A stretch of 25,735 nucleotides of DNA, taken from Candidatus Bathyarchaeia archaeon (lineage in GTDB: Archaea; Thermoproteota; Bathyarchaeia; Bathyarchaeales; Bathycorpusculaceae). The stretch covers positions 1 to 25,735 of the forward strand of contig JBEKXL010000030.1 in NCBI GenBank assembly GCA_049512075.1. Reading direction: 5' to 3'. The notes under the pieces were generated by a model, which was not told the origin of the DNA, did no database searches, and was given only the letters and a program-made list of their open reading frames with translations. Made by a program: the position numbers and the translations under genes. Shown here one piece after another: positions 8,692-16,994 of the stretch (its first letter is position 1; every line of letters begins with the position of its first letter).

Positions 8692-9827
8692 GACGTCGGA
8701 GGAGGCCTCGTGCCCAGCTTCACCAACAGGGGCAGCGTCTGATTTCCCCTAGCCACGGTTAGCATTACCATGTCACTTGGCACCGTGTTCTCTTCAATCC
8801 AGCTCGTCAGTGCGTCCCCGTTCACGACGCGCGTTCCGTTGAGGGCGATGATTATGTCGTTTGCTTTCACGCCCGCCGTGGCGGCTGGGCCGCCGGAAAA
8901 CACGGAGTTGATTAACCAGCCGTACGTCACACTCACGTGCATGCTCTGAGCCGTGTCATAATCCATATCCGACCCCGTGACACCCAAGTACGAGTGCAAG
9001 TTATAGCCTCCAACCGTGGCCAGACTGAATACCTCCTTGAGTATGGTGTCCGAGGGCACCGCGAAACCCAAGCCCTGCGAGTTCGTAACTATCGCCGTCG
9101 TTATTCCCACGACCGTGCCATTCAGGCTCAGCAGAGGCCCGCCAGAGTTCCCTGGGTTTATCGGCGTGCTCGTCTGAATAATGTTCGCTATCGCATACCC
9201 TCCAGCAAGATCCGATTCACTGATAGTCCTTCCTAGTGCACTCACTATCCCCGTCGTCATCGAACCAGTCAATCCGTACGGGTTGCCTATGGCTATCACA
9301 GGATCACCCACCTTCAACGATGACGAATTCACGACTGCAAGCGGCCTAAACTCCGTCTGAGGAGCACCTGACACTGAGAGAACGGCCAGGTCCGAGTACG
9401 GATCCGTCCCGTCAACCTTTGCACCGTACCCGTTTCCATCCGAAAAGGTCACGCTTATGCCAGTCGCTCCAGCCACAACGTGGTTGTTCGTCACCACAAC
9501 CATAGACCCCGTAAAGTTGGAAACAAAACCTGAACCCTGAACCGTCCCTGTGCTCGTCGTCCCAGTAATCAGAACAACCGAATCCTTAACCTCCGCGTAA
9601 ATCACCGAGAAAACCGTCGCATTCTGATACACCGTGAAATTCTGGTTAACGATAGTCTGGTTCCCAACAAGGCCCGAAACCTGACTTTCAACGTTAGAAA
9701 GCTTGTCGTTCAGCGTGTTAATCTGCCCGTAAAGCACGTATGCAGTCACGATTCCTCCGAGAATCAACCCGGCCACGAACATCAACACCACGATTGATGA
9801 GGAATGTCCTCTTTGTTGCGAAACCAT
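8688..9827 (-). CDS. htrA: HtrA/DegP-like trypsin serine protease with PDZ domain, membrane anchored
   Basis: TNNHVV, DLAVL and INPGNSGGPL triad motifs; C-terminal PDZ; GGTGA before ATG 9827. Confidence 0.92.
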   Translation of the reverse strand: MVSQQRGHSSSIVVLMFVAGLILGGIVTAYVLYGQINTLNDKLSNVESQVSGLVGNQTIVNQNFTVYQNATVFSVIYAEVKDSVVLITGTTSTGTVQGSGFVSNFTGSMVVVTNNHVVAGATGISVTFSDGNGYGAKVDGTDPYSDLAVLSVSGAPQTEFRPLAVVNSSSLKVGDPVIAIGNPYGLTGSMTTGIVSALGRTISESDLAGGYAIANIIQTSTPINPGNSGGPLLSLNGTVVGITTAIVTNSQGLGFAVPSDTILKEVFSLATVGGYNLHSYLGVTGSDMDYDTAQSMHVSVTYGWLINSVFSGGPAATAGVKANDIIIALNGTRVVNGDALTSWIEENTVPSDMVMLTVARGNQTLPLLVKLGTRPPPTS

Positions 9828-9996
9828 CCTAATCACCTTGTTTCTAAACAAATTAAGTGTCTCTCTTAAGAGTTTCCGCGTCCCGCCACGCGTAAATGCC
9901 AAAGCCCCTGAGCTGGAAAAGCGGAACATCGCATCGATGTGTGCGGCAACAACTGCATCTCAGACTTAAATAATGCAAGGCCGAATGTTCTGTACG

Positions 9997-10566
9997 ATGT
10001 CGACGGCTGAGCAGGGCAGAGTGACGATTCCCCTTCACAAACCCGGTTTGAAAGAGAAACTCTTCTTCTTCAGCTCTGGAATAATAGTCAGCATCCCGCT
10101 GGCCAGCTTCTTTGAAAACCTGTTCGCCTCGCCATTCGCTCCAGGTTACGTTCCCGTGCTGACAATCGCCGTCCTTGCTCCAATCATCGAGGAATTCGGA
10201 AAAGCCTACCCGCTCTTTTATCGTCACGGTGAAACCAAGAAGTCCATAATGACTCTGGGCTTTCTGGTCGGACTCGGCTTCGGAATCATCGAGTTCCTGG
10301 AATACGTCCTAATATTGAAAGTTCCCTTCATCTTCAGACTGCCCGGCATTTTCTTTCACGCGGCCAGCACGTCAATAGTTGGGTACGGAATAGCAAACAA
10401 GAAGCCTGCAGTGTTCTACCTGATTGCAGTCGCCCTTCACTTCTCGAACAACGTCGCCGCCCTGTTCGCCCCGTATGAGTTCCTGATACTCATAATCTTC
10501 ACTCTGGCACTCTACTTCTGGTGGTACCTATACCAGAAGACGCCGGAAACAATCATCCCCTACTAA
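9997..10566 (+). CDS. PrsW-family intramembrane protease
   Basis: APIIEEFGK, GLGFGIIE, FFHA and ALHFSNN motifs. Start could be 9973 or 9985. Confidence 0.88.
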   Translation: MSTAEQGRVTIPLHKPGLKEKLFFFSSGIIVSIPLASFFENLFASPFAPGYVPVLTIAVLAPIIEEFGKAYPLFYRHGETKKSIMTLGFLVGLGFGIIEFLEYVLILKVPFIFRLPGIFFHAASTSIVGYGIANKKPAVFYLIAVALHFSNNVAALFAPYEFLILIIFTLALYFWWYLYQKTPETIIPY

Positions 10567-10592
10567 CTCATACGCAAGCCTGCCGTCTGAAC

Positions 10593-11600
10593 CTATTCTC
10601 TTCTGTCAATCAAATCCTGCGCGTCAGGTCCCGTCCCAATGAGACTCACAGGAACTCTTGTCTCGTCCTCGATTCTCTTTATGAACTGTTTCGCTTCCAA
10701 TGGCAAGCGTTCGTACGCTCTCAAACCTTGGCATTCGGGGAATACACAGTCAAGCTTTGTAACTGCCAAATGTGTCGCGCCGTTGATCATCGCAGCCCTC
10801 TTGGCAAGCTCGAAACTAAAAGGAGCAGAACGTCTGTCCCGACCCGTTCCCGCAGCCGTTTCGAACCATCCTCGTTTAATCGCTTCTTCCTTTGAAATTT
10901 CATCAGGCAACGGGCCAGTGCCCACACGTGTGACGAAGGACTTGAAAACAAGCACGACTTGATCCACCTTCGTGGGCCCCACACCCACCTCAGAACATAT
11001 CGCCGACGCGCTCGTGTCCCTGCCGGTCACGTAAGGGTAGCTTCCATGGAACAGCGAAAGCAGCAGGCCCTGCGTTCCTTCCAACAACACCTTTTTGCCT
11101 CCGTCTATAGCTCGGTTCGTTTCCAGAGCAACATCAGTAAGATAAGGCGCGAGTTCAGGAACGTCCTTTGCGAGTTTCGCGGTTCTTCGCACGCGTTCCT
11201 CGATCGCCGGTCCCACTCCCCAACCAGTCGTGCCCAACGCCTTCAGATGTTCACTGGCCTTGTCCTGAGCTGAATGCTTCTCCTCTATTATTGAGGCTTG
11301 CCTGTCCACGCCTATGCGATTCTTAACACCGGTCTGCTCGGCTTCCTTGAGGAACTGCGCAACGTGAACGTTTGCGCCCGCGGCGATTAGCAAACGACAC
11401 TTCTCGGTTACAAAGCCTCCGGGAACCATGTGCAACGCGTAGCGCTTGCCCTCAAACCAAATCGTGTGAGCAGCGTTCACCGAACCAGTTCTCACACAGA
11501 AATCCAGTCTATCCTTGAGGGCGAGATACGAAATTATCTTCCCCTTACCCTCGTCCCCCCAGAATCCTCCAACTATGACCGTGCATGGCACTTTTTTCAC
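10593..11600 (-). CDS. purA: Adenylosuccinate synthetase (short archaeal form)
   Basis: WGDEGKGK, NAAHT, EGTQG, YPYVT and VTKLD motifs; 335 aa. Confidence 0.96.
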   Translation of the reverse strand: MKKVPCTVIVGGFWGDEGKGKIISYLALKDRLDFCVRTGSVNAAHTIWFEGKRYALHMVPGGFVTEKCRLLIAAGANVHVAQFLKEAEQTGVKNRIGVDRQASIIEEKHSAQDKASEHLKALGTTGWGVGPAIEERVRRTAKLAKDVPELAPYLTDVALETNRAIDGGKKVLLEGTQGLLLSLFHGSYPYVTGRDTSASAICSEVGVGPTKVDQVVLVFKSFVTRVGTGPLPDEISKEEAIKRGWFETAAGTGRDRRSAPFSFELAKRAAMINGATHLAVTKLDCVFPECQGLRAYERLPLEAKQFIKRIEDETRVPVSLIGTGPDAQDLIDRRE

Positions 11601-11669
11601 CGTTCAGAGAATCCGCCAAGCTTTATTTAAGATTGTTTGCTAGTTTCATGTCAAAGGCAAGCAGCCATC

Positions 11670-12056
11670 TCAGACACGTGCTTTCAGCTTTCCAGCCTCG
11701 CCGTCAATTCTCTTCAAGAGTTTCCTGAGCTTCTCCGTTTTAGAGTCGATTTCCTTCTTGGAAACGGTTCCCGCCTGCGGACACAGGTCATCCACAATCA
11801 CTCCATCCTCTTCACTGTAGATGACGGGGTAAATCCGACATCCCAACGGCCTGCACCTGTAAACCCTGCACCGACGTTTCTCGATTTGACAGAAAACGCA
11901 GTGTCCTCGACTGTTCCGCAGCTGAGCAAAACCCTGCCCGTTGAAACGCACAAACTCCTCTCTTTCATGTCCTGCCCTTTCCAAGAGCCTGATATCCGCT
12001 CTCGACAACAACATCTCGGTTTTCTCGCAGCAAACGCCACAGTGTGAGCAACGCAT
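11670..12056 (-). CDS. YkgJ-family cysteine-cluster (Zn/Fe-chelating) protein
   Basis: CSHCGVCC...CVF...CRVYRCRPLGCRIYP; start taken at MRCSHC. Confidence 0.88.
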   Translation of the reverse strand: MRCSHCGVCCEKTEMLLSRADIRLLERAGHEREEFVRFNGQGFAQLRNSRGHCVFCQIEKRRCRVYRCRPLGCRIYPVIYSEEDGVIVDDLCPQAGTVSKKEIDSKTEKLRKLLKRIDGEAGKLKARV

Positions 12057-12204
12057 GAACACACTTAGATGAAGCCTTTCTAATTTGGCTTTTCCGTAAC
12101 AATCCCCATTTTTGCACAATAACCATTACTGTAGCGGCTACACTGCGCAACTTGGGCTCGGCGACATCTCGGCCTGCCCTATCCTATAAGCTCTTGGGAC
12201 CCGG

Positions 12205-12453
12205 TCATCCGCCTATTATCAGGTTTAAGTTCAGCAGCTCTGCCCACGCGATGCTCTTCAAAGGTATCTTAAACGTGCTTCCTTCCCCGTATGGAACACA
12301 CGTAACGAACCTTTGCTTCTTGAACTCGCCTTTCTGAATCTCACCCAACTGGACGTTTACGATCACGGAACCATCCTTCATGTGAAGGTTAACGTTCTTT
12401 CCTAGGAACGACCGCGCGCAATTCGTGCTAAAACTCTCCACCTTCCTCACCAC
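12205..12453 (-). CDS. Small hypothetical protein, possible Sm/LSm-like fold
   Basis: RSFLGKNVNLHMKDGSVI resembles the Sm1 motif; overlaps the upstream gene. Confidence 0.65.
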   Translation of the reverse strand: MVRKVESFSTNCARSFLGKNVNLHMKDGSVIVNVQLGEIQKGEFKKQRFVTCVPYGEGSTFKIPLKSIAWAELLNLNLIIGG

Positions 12454-12584
12454 TCCACATCCTTGTCAGCAAGCCTGGTCCAACATCGCCTGCAGATTGG
12501 AAGCCTCTCTCCCCTGAAAACAATGTACACTTCAATATCGTTTCCTTTACACTCCCTATGCCAAGGGTTTCTGCAACGTTCCAT
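12447..12584 (-). CDS. Small Cys-rich zinc-finger-like protein (45 aa)
   Basis: GGAGG before ATG 12584; CRNPWHREC...PICRRCW. Confidence 0.7.
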   Translation of the reverse strand: MERCRNPWHRECKGNDIEVYIVFRGERLPICRRCWTRLADKDVEW

Positions 12585-12761
12585 ACACACGAACCTCCAG
12601 CTACACATCACACCGGTTGGAGTGTCTTCACTTTTAAAACCCTCCAAGAAACGACACCGCATCGAGGGGGAGAGAGACTAGTTAAAGTGAACGCTTGCGT
12701 TCATCACATTTCTAGTAGTCTTTCCAAACCCACGCAAGATTAAGGGTCAAGCATTCTTTTC

Positions 12762-13313
12762 TTAGATGTGCACTATTTCGGGGATTATCCTTTCTCTAGT
12801 CACTCTCAGCAAGGCCACGGAGGGTTTAGCCAAGAACGGTGGCGAGGGATTTGTCGGGCTTCCCGGATTTATGAATAAAATGTCTCTTTCCCATTTTATG
12901 TTCGAACTGTGCGTATGCCCGTATATCAGCACGTTAAAACCATTCGCGCCTGCGATTTCACGCATTCTTCCCGTGCCGAGATGTGCCCCAGGGTTATGCG
13001 TCACCCCTATTCTCCAATCAAAAACTTTGAACGAATCGAGCTTCGGCAGTTTGCCTCTTACTTCAGGTCCGTCCATGTTTCCCCAGACAACTAAGACCGG
13101 AGCAAGTCGCTCCAGCTCGTCTATGACGGAGAACTGCACCAGGTCGCCCGCGTGAACGATGAAATCCACGTTCCCAAAAACCTTCAAAACTCTTTCAGGA
13201 ATTCTTCTCGCGCGATCAGGAACATGCGTGTCGGAGATTACCCCAACGGTTTTTGCCAAGCTCTCCTGCAACTTGGGGAACACCTGCCTTTCCTGGGTGA
13301 CCAATTGAAGCAT
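12762..13313 (-). CDS. YfcE/MJ0936-family metallophosphoesterase
   Basis: ISDTH, HAGD, GNMD, GHTH and INPGS motifs. Confidence 0.93.
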   Translation of the reverse strand: MLQLVTQERQVFPKLQESLAKTVGVISDTHVPDRARRIPERVLKVFGNVDFIVHAGDLVQFSVIDELERLAPVLVVWGNMDGPEVRGKLPKLDSFKVFDWRIGVTHNPGAHLGTGRMREIAGANGFNVLIYGHTHSSNIKWERDILFINPGSPTNPSPPFLAKPSVALLRVTRERIIPEIVHI

Positions 13314-13479
13314 CCTCTACAGCACTCTTTGGCGTCACCCCAGAATAAGAGTTTTGACCAAACCGTCACCACAAACACCGATGCGCAGGAATGAGTCTTC
13401 TCTCACGGCCTCTGACCGCCTCGCTGCAATGTCACGTTTGAAACTGCCATGCTGACTGCACTCACAAGTGAAGTTATAA

Positions 13480-13512
13480 ATAATATCGGGAAAAACCCCC
13501 GAAAATATGAAT
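13480..13512. other. Candidate attL
   Basis: ATAATATCGGG-AAAAACC-CCCGAAAATAT; 13482-13512 matches 19099-19129 at 24/31 positions. Confidence 0.65.
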
Positions 13513-13532
13513 CGCCAATTCAAAAAGGAGAA

Positions 13533-14741
13533 ATGGAGAGAAGTCAACAGCAACTTAGTGAAGCCATGATTAAAGCTATGCCTTATTACAAGTGGTTCAC
13601 TACGGGAAAAAGCCACACTAGAAAACGCAACGCTCAATTGTTTAGGCAATTCTGTGAATGGCTGGGCAAAAAACCAGAAGAACTTCGTGCGGAATATGTT
13701 GAAGCTAGAAAATCAGTTGACACGCTTGACGATTGGAGAAGAGAAACCAAAAACACCCTGATGCAATTCTACACATGGCTGAAAGAAGAAAAACACTTCA
13801 AAACAAATTACTGTCGAACTGTCACTACCTCAACTTTGGCTTTCTACTCTCAAAACTGCGAAAGAATCTTAGGCGTAACCAGAGAATTCGACCCTATCCA
13901 AATCCCAGAAAACGAATTTGTCTTCAATCAGGAAATTCTAAGGAAGTGCTACTACTACGGTTCACCTTTTGAAAAGGCATGGCTTTCTGTGGCTGTATCT
14001 CTAGGCTATTCAAGTCAAGATTTCCTAGACCTAGAGACAGAAAGAATCAGCAACCTAGTAAGACAAGCGAAGGACGAACACTTAGACTTTATTGGATTCA
14101 TAGGCAAGACTCGGCAGAAAACAAGCGTTCAACCACGTTCATTCTTGACCCCAGAAGCCATTAGCAACCTAGCGGATTATCTCGAAACCCTTAGAAAGAA
14201 AGGAGACTTGCCTAAGACTCTCTGGAACAAAGCAGACAACGACAACTTGAACGATTGGCTGAAAGCACTACTCAGAAGAGCCAATATTGAAACCTATGGC
14301 AAGCAAGTACACTTTCACACACTCAGAAAATTCCTTTACGATACTCTGAGCAAGAAAGACGAAACCATTGCGAAAGTCGTTACAGCCAAGAAAACAAGTG
14401 CCTCAGACTTAACCTACAAAACAAGCCTAGATAGTGAATGCACACGAATCTTCCGAGAATGCTACAAAGAATTTGCTCTTAACGGTGACGTTTCTGGAAA
14501 AGCCAAACGTGAACAATCAGAAAAGATAGAATCTTTGGAACTTGCCTTGCTTGAATCTCAGAAGAGAGTTACAGCATTAGAAACCACAAACGAAACGTTG
14601 AGGACACGAATAACACAGTTGGAAAGCGGTCAAAACTCAATGGGTAGAATGATGGTTGACTTCAAAGAACGAATCGAATGGCTGGAAAACAAGGCTAAGA
14701 AAAAGGCTAAGGTTCAATGGGATAGTGAGATGAAACCATGA
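13533..14741 (+). CDS. Tyrosine recombinase/integrase-like protein with C-terminal coiled coil
   Basis: AAAGGAG before ATG 13533; helical N-terminal domain; RQKT, HFHTLRKF and LTY motifs; heptad-patterned tail. Confidence 0.85.
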   Translation: MERSQQQLSEAMIKAMPYYKWFTTGKSHTRKRNAQLFRQFCEWLGKKPEELRAEYVEARKSVDTLDDWRRETKNTLMQFYTWLKEEKHFKTNYCRTVTTSTLAFYSQNCERILGVTREFDPIQIPENEFVFNQEILRKCYYYGSPFEKAWLSVAVSLGYSSQDFLDLETERISNLVRQAKDEHLDFIGFIGKTRQKTSVQPRSFLTPEAISNLADYLETLRKKGDLPKTLWNKADNDNLNDWLKALLRRANIETYGKQVHFHTLRKFLYDTLSKKDETIAKVVTAKKTSASDLTYKTSLDSECTRIFRECYKEFALNGDVSGKAKREQSEKIESLELALLESQKRVTALETTNETLRTRITQLESGQNSMGRMMVDFKERIEWLENKAKKKAKVQWDSEMKP

Positions 14742-14836
14742 CGGACGAACAGTTCAAAGAGGAAGTTCTACGGCTCTTGAAAGAGATAAGTGCCAAACTC
14801 GACCAACTTCAAACCGCAATCTACAGCACATCCTAA
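14738..14836 (+). CDS. 32-aa coiled-coil peptide coupled to the integrase
   Basis: ATGA overlap with the integrase stop; MTDEQFKEEVLRLLKEISAKLDQLQTAIYSTS; followed by T-rich tracts. Confidence 0.6.
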   Translation: MTDEQFKEEVLRLLKEISAKLDQLQTAIYSTS

Positions 14837-14839
14837 CCA

Positions 14840-14857
14840 TCCTTTTTTCCATTTTTG
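14840..14857 (+). terminator. Oligo-T terminator candidate
   Basis: TCCTTTTTTCCATTTTTG between convergent genes. Confidence 0.45.
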
Positions 14858-14858
14858 G

Positions 14859-15392
14859 CTATCTTATCAATCTTATCACGATGTTGGTAATGACACCAGC
14901 CAATACCGCTATCAAAGCCATTATTCCAACAGCCACTAACCCACGGACTAAGGAAGAATATCTCTCACCTTCTGGGGCTATCCGTCTTACATAATCATAG
15001 ATTTTGAGTCTGCGGTTCAGAAGTACGAAAATCCCAGCGAATATCCCGAACAGGATTAGCGGAAGAAGCAACAAGACAAATGTCTCGTAGGCGATGAAGA
15101 GATACGCACCAATGCCAAAAAGAAAAAACTGTGAGAACATTTCAAAGATTGTCAAGGTTAGAGATGCTTCTTCACTTTTTGGAAATGATGTCCAGAGTTC
15201 CCAATCAATCAAGAGCAACAAGATGAAAGCAAAGAAGGAAAGAAATTCCGCATCCTTGAGTTGCGTGAAAAGAGCCGCTAATGCACCCATAACACCTACG
15301 GCAGTAAGCAATTTGTCGTTCTCATTGATGAAGGCTTTCAATGAAACTCTCTTTTTGGCTGGGGGGATTTGTGTCTGGGTTTTGTCGGACAA
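14859..15392 (-). CDS. Hypothetical multi-pass membrane protein (element cargo)
   Basis: AGGAG before TTG 15392; about 5 hydrophobic helices. Confidence 0.75.
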   Translation of the reverse strand: MSDKTQTQIPPAKKRVSLKAFINENDKLLTAVGVMGALAALFTQLKDAEFLSFFAFILLLLIDWELWTSFPKSEEASLTLTIFEMFSQFFLFGIGAYLFIAYETFVLLLLPLILFGIFAGIFVLLNRRLKIYDYVRRIAPEGERYSSLVRGLVAVGIMALIAVLAGVITNIVIRLIR

Positions 15393-15477
15393 TCCAATTC
15401 TCCTATAACTTCTATCACCTTTCGCCAAATAAAAGGGTAACATCCACACCCTAGCACTAACTCATCTACATGGGGAC

Positions 15478-15901
15478 GGTCTATTGTTCAATTGACCCTT
15501 GGTACAAACAGGTAGGGGACTTGTTTTATGGGTTTGTTTCTGAATCGGCTCCGTTGTTCTAGGTATCTTCGGAACACAGTTCCGATTCTCTGGTAGTTTG
15601 TCAATTTCGACAAACTAGACGAGTTGACCCTGAGTCAAGGTGGGGCACATACGCCGAAATTTGGTTCAGATTTGATTTTAGGGGATGGAATTTTCCGCCG
15701 AGATTTCCGCACGGTTCCAGCGAGTTAATCATAATGATGAAAATTTCGGTTCTGGCAGGGTCGGCTGGGCAAGACCTAAGCCTCTTTCGGTGAAAACGTG
15801 TTTTTCCTAAGCGTTTTTTGTTAGCTAAAAGAAAAACGGGTTGTTTAGTCTGGAGAGTAGGTTATTAGAATGCACAGCAAGTTTCTTTCAATGAATAGAC
15901 C
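15478..15901 (+). ncRNA. Candidate large structured ncRNA (or structured ssDNA origin), family unknown
   Basis: ORF-free; terminal stem GGTCTATT/AATAGACC encloses at least seven nested stems. Imperfect pairs are mostly G-U on the + strand. Strand and nature are uncertain. Confidence 0.5.
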
Positions 15902-16046
15902 TCAAATTGCTAAGGTAGTATCTTTTATATGAGACTTTAAACAAGCATAGAGGTGGGTTTTTCAGTAGTTTAAGACGTGGATTAAGACGCTTTGGGTGTT
16001 TACTCTTTTTGTTAGTGGTTCGTTCTGGGTCTATAACGGTTTTTGT

Positions 16047-16736
16047 TTAGCTGAATCGTGGCTTATCTATGAACCGTCTTCTATCTGGAAAGCGGTTATA
16101 ATGCCCTCTAGTGTCCTCTTTAGGCTCTTCTGTGTGTGTCGTGTCACTACCTAGTATCGTTTGTTTGTTCTCTATGTTAGGTAACGATGACACATAACAG
16201 TAACTAGGTATTGTTGATTGATTGTCTATTATTGAACTACTGAAACCTTTTGCCGACTTGACTACTGAGGCTATTTTATGGAGTATTTCGCCGAACAACT
16301 CTGTTTTGAAGTCTTTATAGCCAATTAGCTTTCCTATGTCGATTATTTTTATGTTGTCGTTGCTTATTGAGTTAAGGCTCGGTTCTGTGAGTGTGTCGGC
16401 ATAGCTGATAACGGTTATTTTGGTGTTTGTGCCGACATGGTGAAAGCGGTTTCTTATTTCGCTCTGTGCAATATCTAAACCGTATTTGTTTCTGAGTTTT
16501 CGCCAATTTTTAACTTCCAGAGCCAAAACTTCTTTTTTGCCGTGAAACACCCTAAAATCTACTCCGTGCGTTTTTCTCCATTCTCGAATGTTTGACCAAT
16601 TAGGGTGTCGTATAACGTAGCCTTTTGATTCTGGGAAAAGAGCCTTTAATATGTAGAAAATGAATTTTTCGAGTGCTATTCCTAGTTTTTCTTTTGTTGT
16701 GAGTGGCTTAGGTTCTTCTAGGTTCGCTGTTCGCAT
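16047..16736 (-). CDS. PD-(D/E)XK nuclease (restriction endonuclease-like)
   Basis: LGIALEK helix, GVDFRV, then LALEVKNW: the canonical E..D..ExK arrangement. Confidence 0.82.
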   Translation of the reverse strand: MRTANLEEPKPLTTKEKLGIALEKFIFYILKALFPESKGYVIRHPNWSNIREWRKTHGVDFRVFHGKKEVLALEVKNWRKLRNKYGLDIAQSEIRNRFHHVGTNTKITVISYADTLTEPSLNSISNDNIKIIDIGKLIGYKDFKTELFGEILHKIASVVKSAKGFSSSIIDNQSTIPSYCYVSSLPNIENKQTILGSDTTHTEEPKEDTRGHYNRFPDRRRFIDKPRFS

Positions 16737-16815
16737 AGTTTTTCTTTCCTTATGTTATCTCTGATAGTTCAACACAACATTTATATATAAGTCTTATGCC
16801 TCACCTAGTGTTTAT

Positions 16816-16833
16816 TATGTAAATATTTACATA
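16816..16833. promoter_or_regulatory. Perfect 18-bp palindrome upstream of the nuclease TATA box
   Basis: TATGTAAATATTTACATA; TTATATATAA at 16781-16790. Confidence 0.5.
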
Positions 16834-16994
16834 TAAGGCACTACTGGTAGCGTTTATTTAAAAGTTTAAGGATTTAGTGTTTCTTGCTCGCCTTCAAACA
16901 CTAGACTTAGGGCTTCAACACTCAACGACTTTTTTAATCAGGTGATTAATTAAACTCGGCATAGTGTGTGCTGAACCGACCCAAATCAGATATA

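Noticed and set aside
12130-12142. Hairpin TGTAG-CGG-CTACA
   Set aside because: A single short stem with no supporting context.
13449-13532. Integrase N-terminal extension or SSV1-type split integrase
   Set aside because: A strong RBS precedes ATG 13533, and I see no tRNA or integrase fragment at the other boundary.
13335-13649. 104-aa minus-strand ORF
   Set aside because: It crosses the element boundary, is antisense to the integrase and has no recognisable motif.
15686-15725. Group II intron domain V (GCACGGTTCC resemblance)
   Set aside because: No matching 5' AGC/CGC triad stem with a GNRA loop, and no reverse transcriptase nearby.
15888-16046. Stop-codon readthrough of the nuclease (about 52 open codons after TAA)
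   Set aside because: No motif or recoding signal; plausible by chance given the strand skew.
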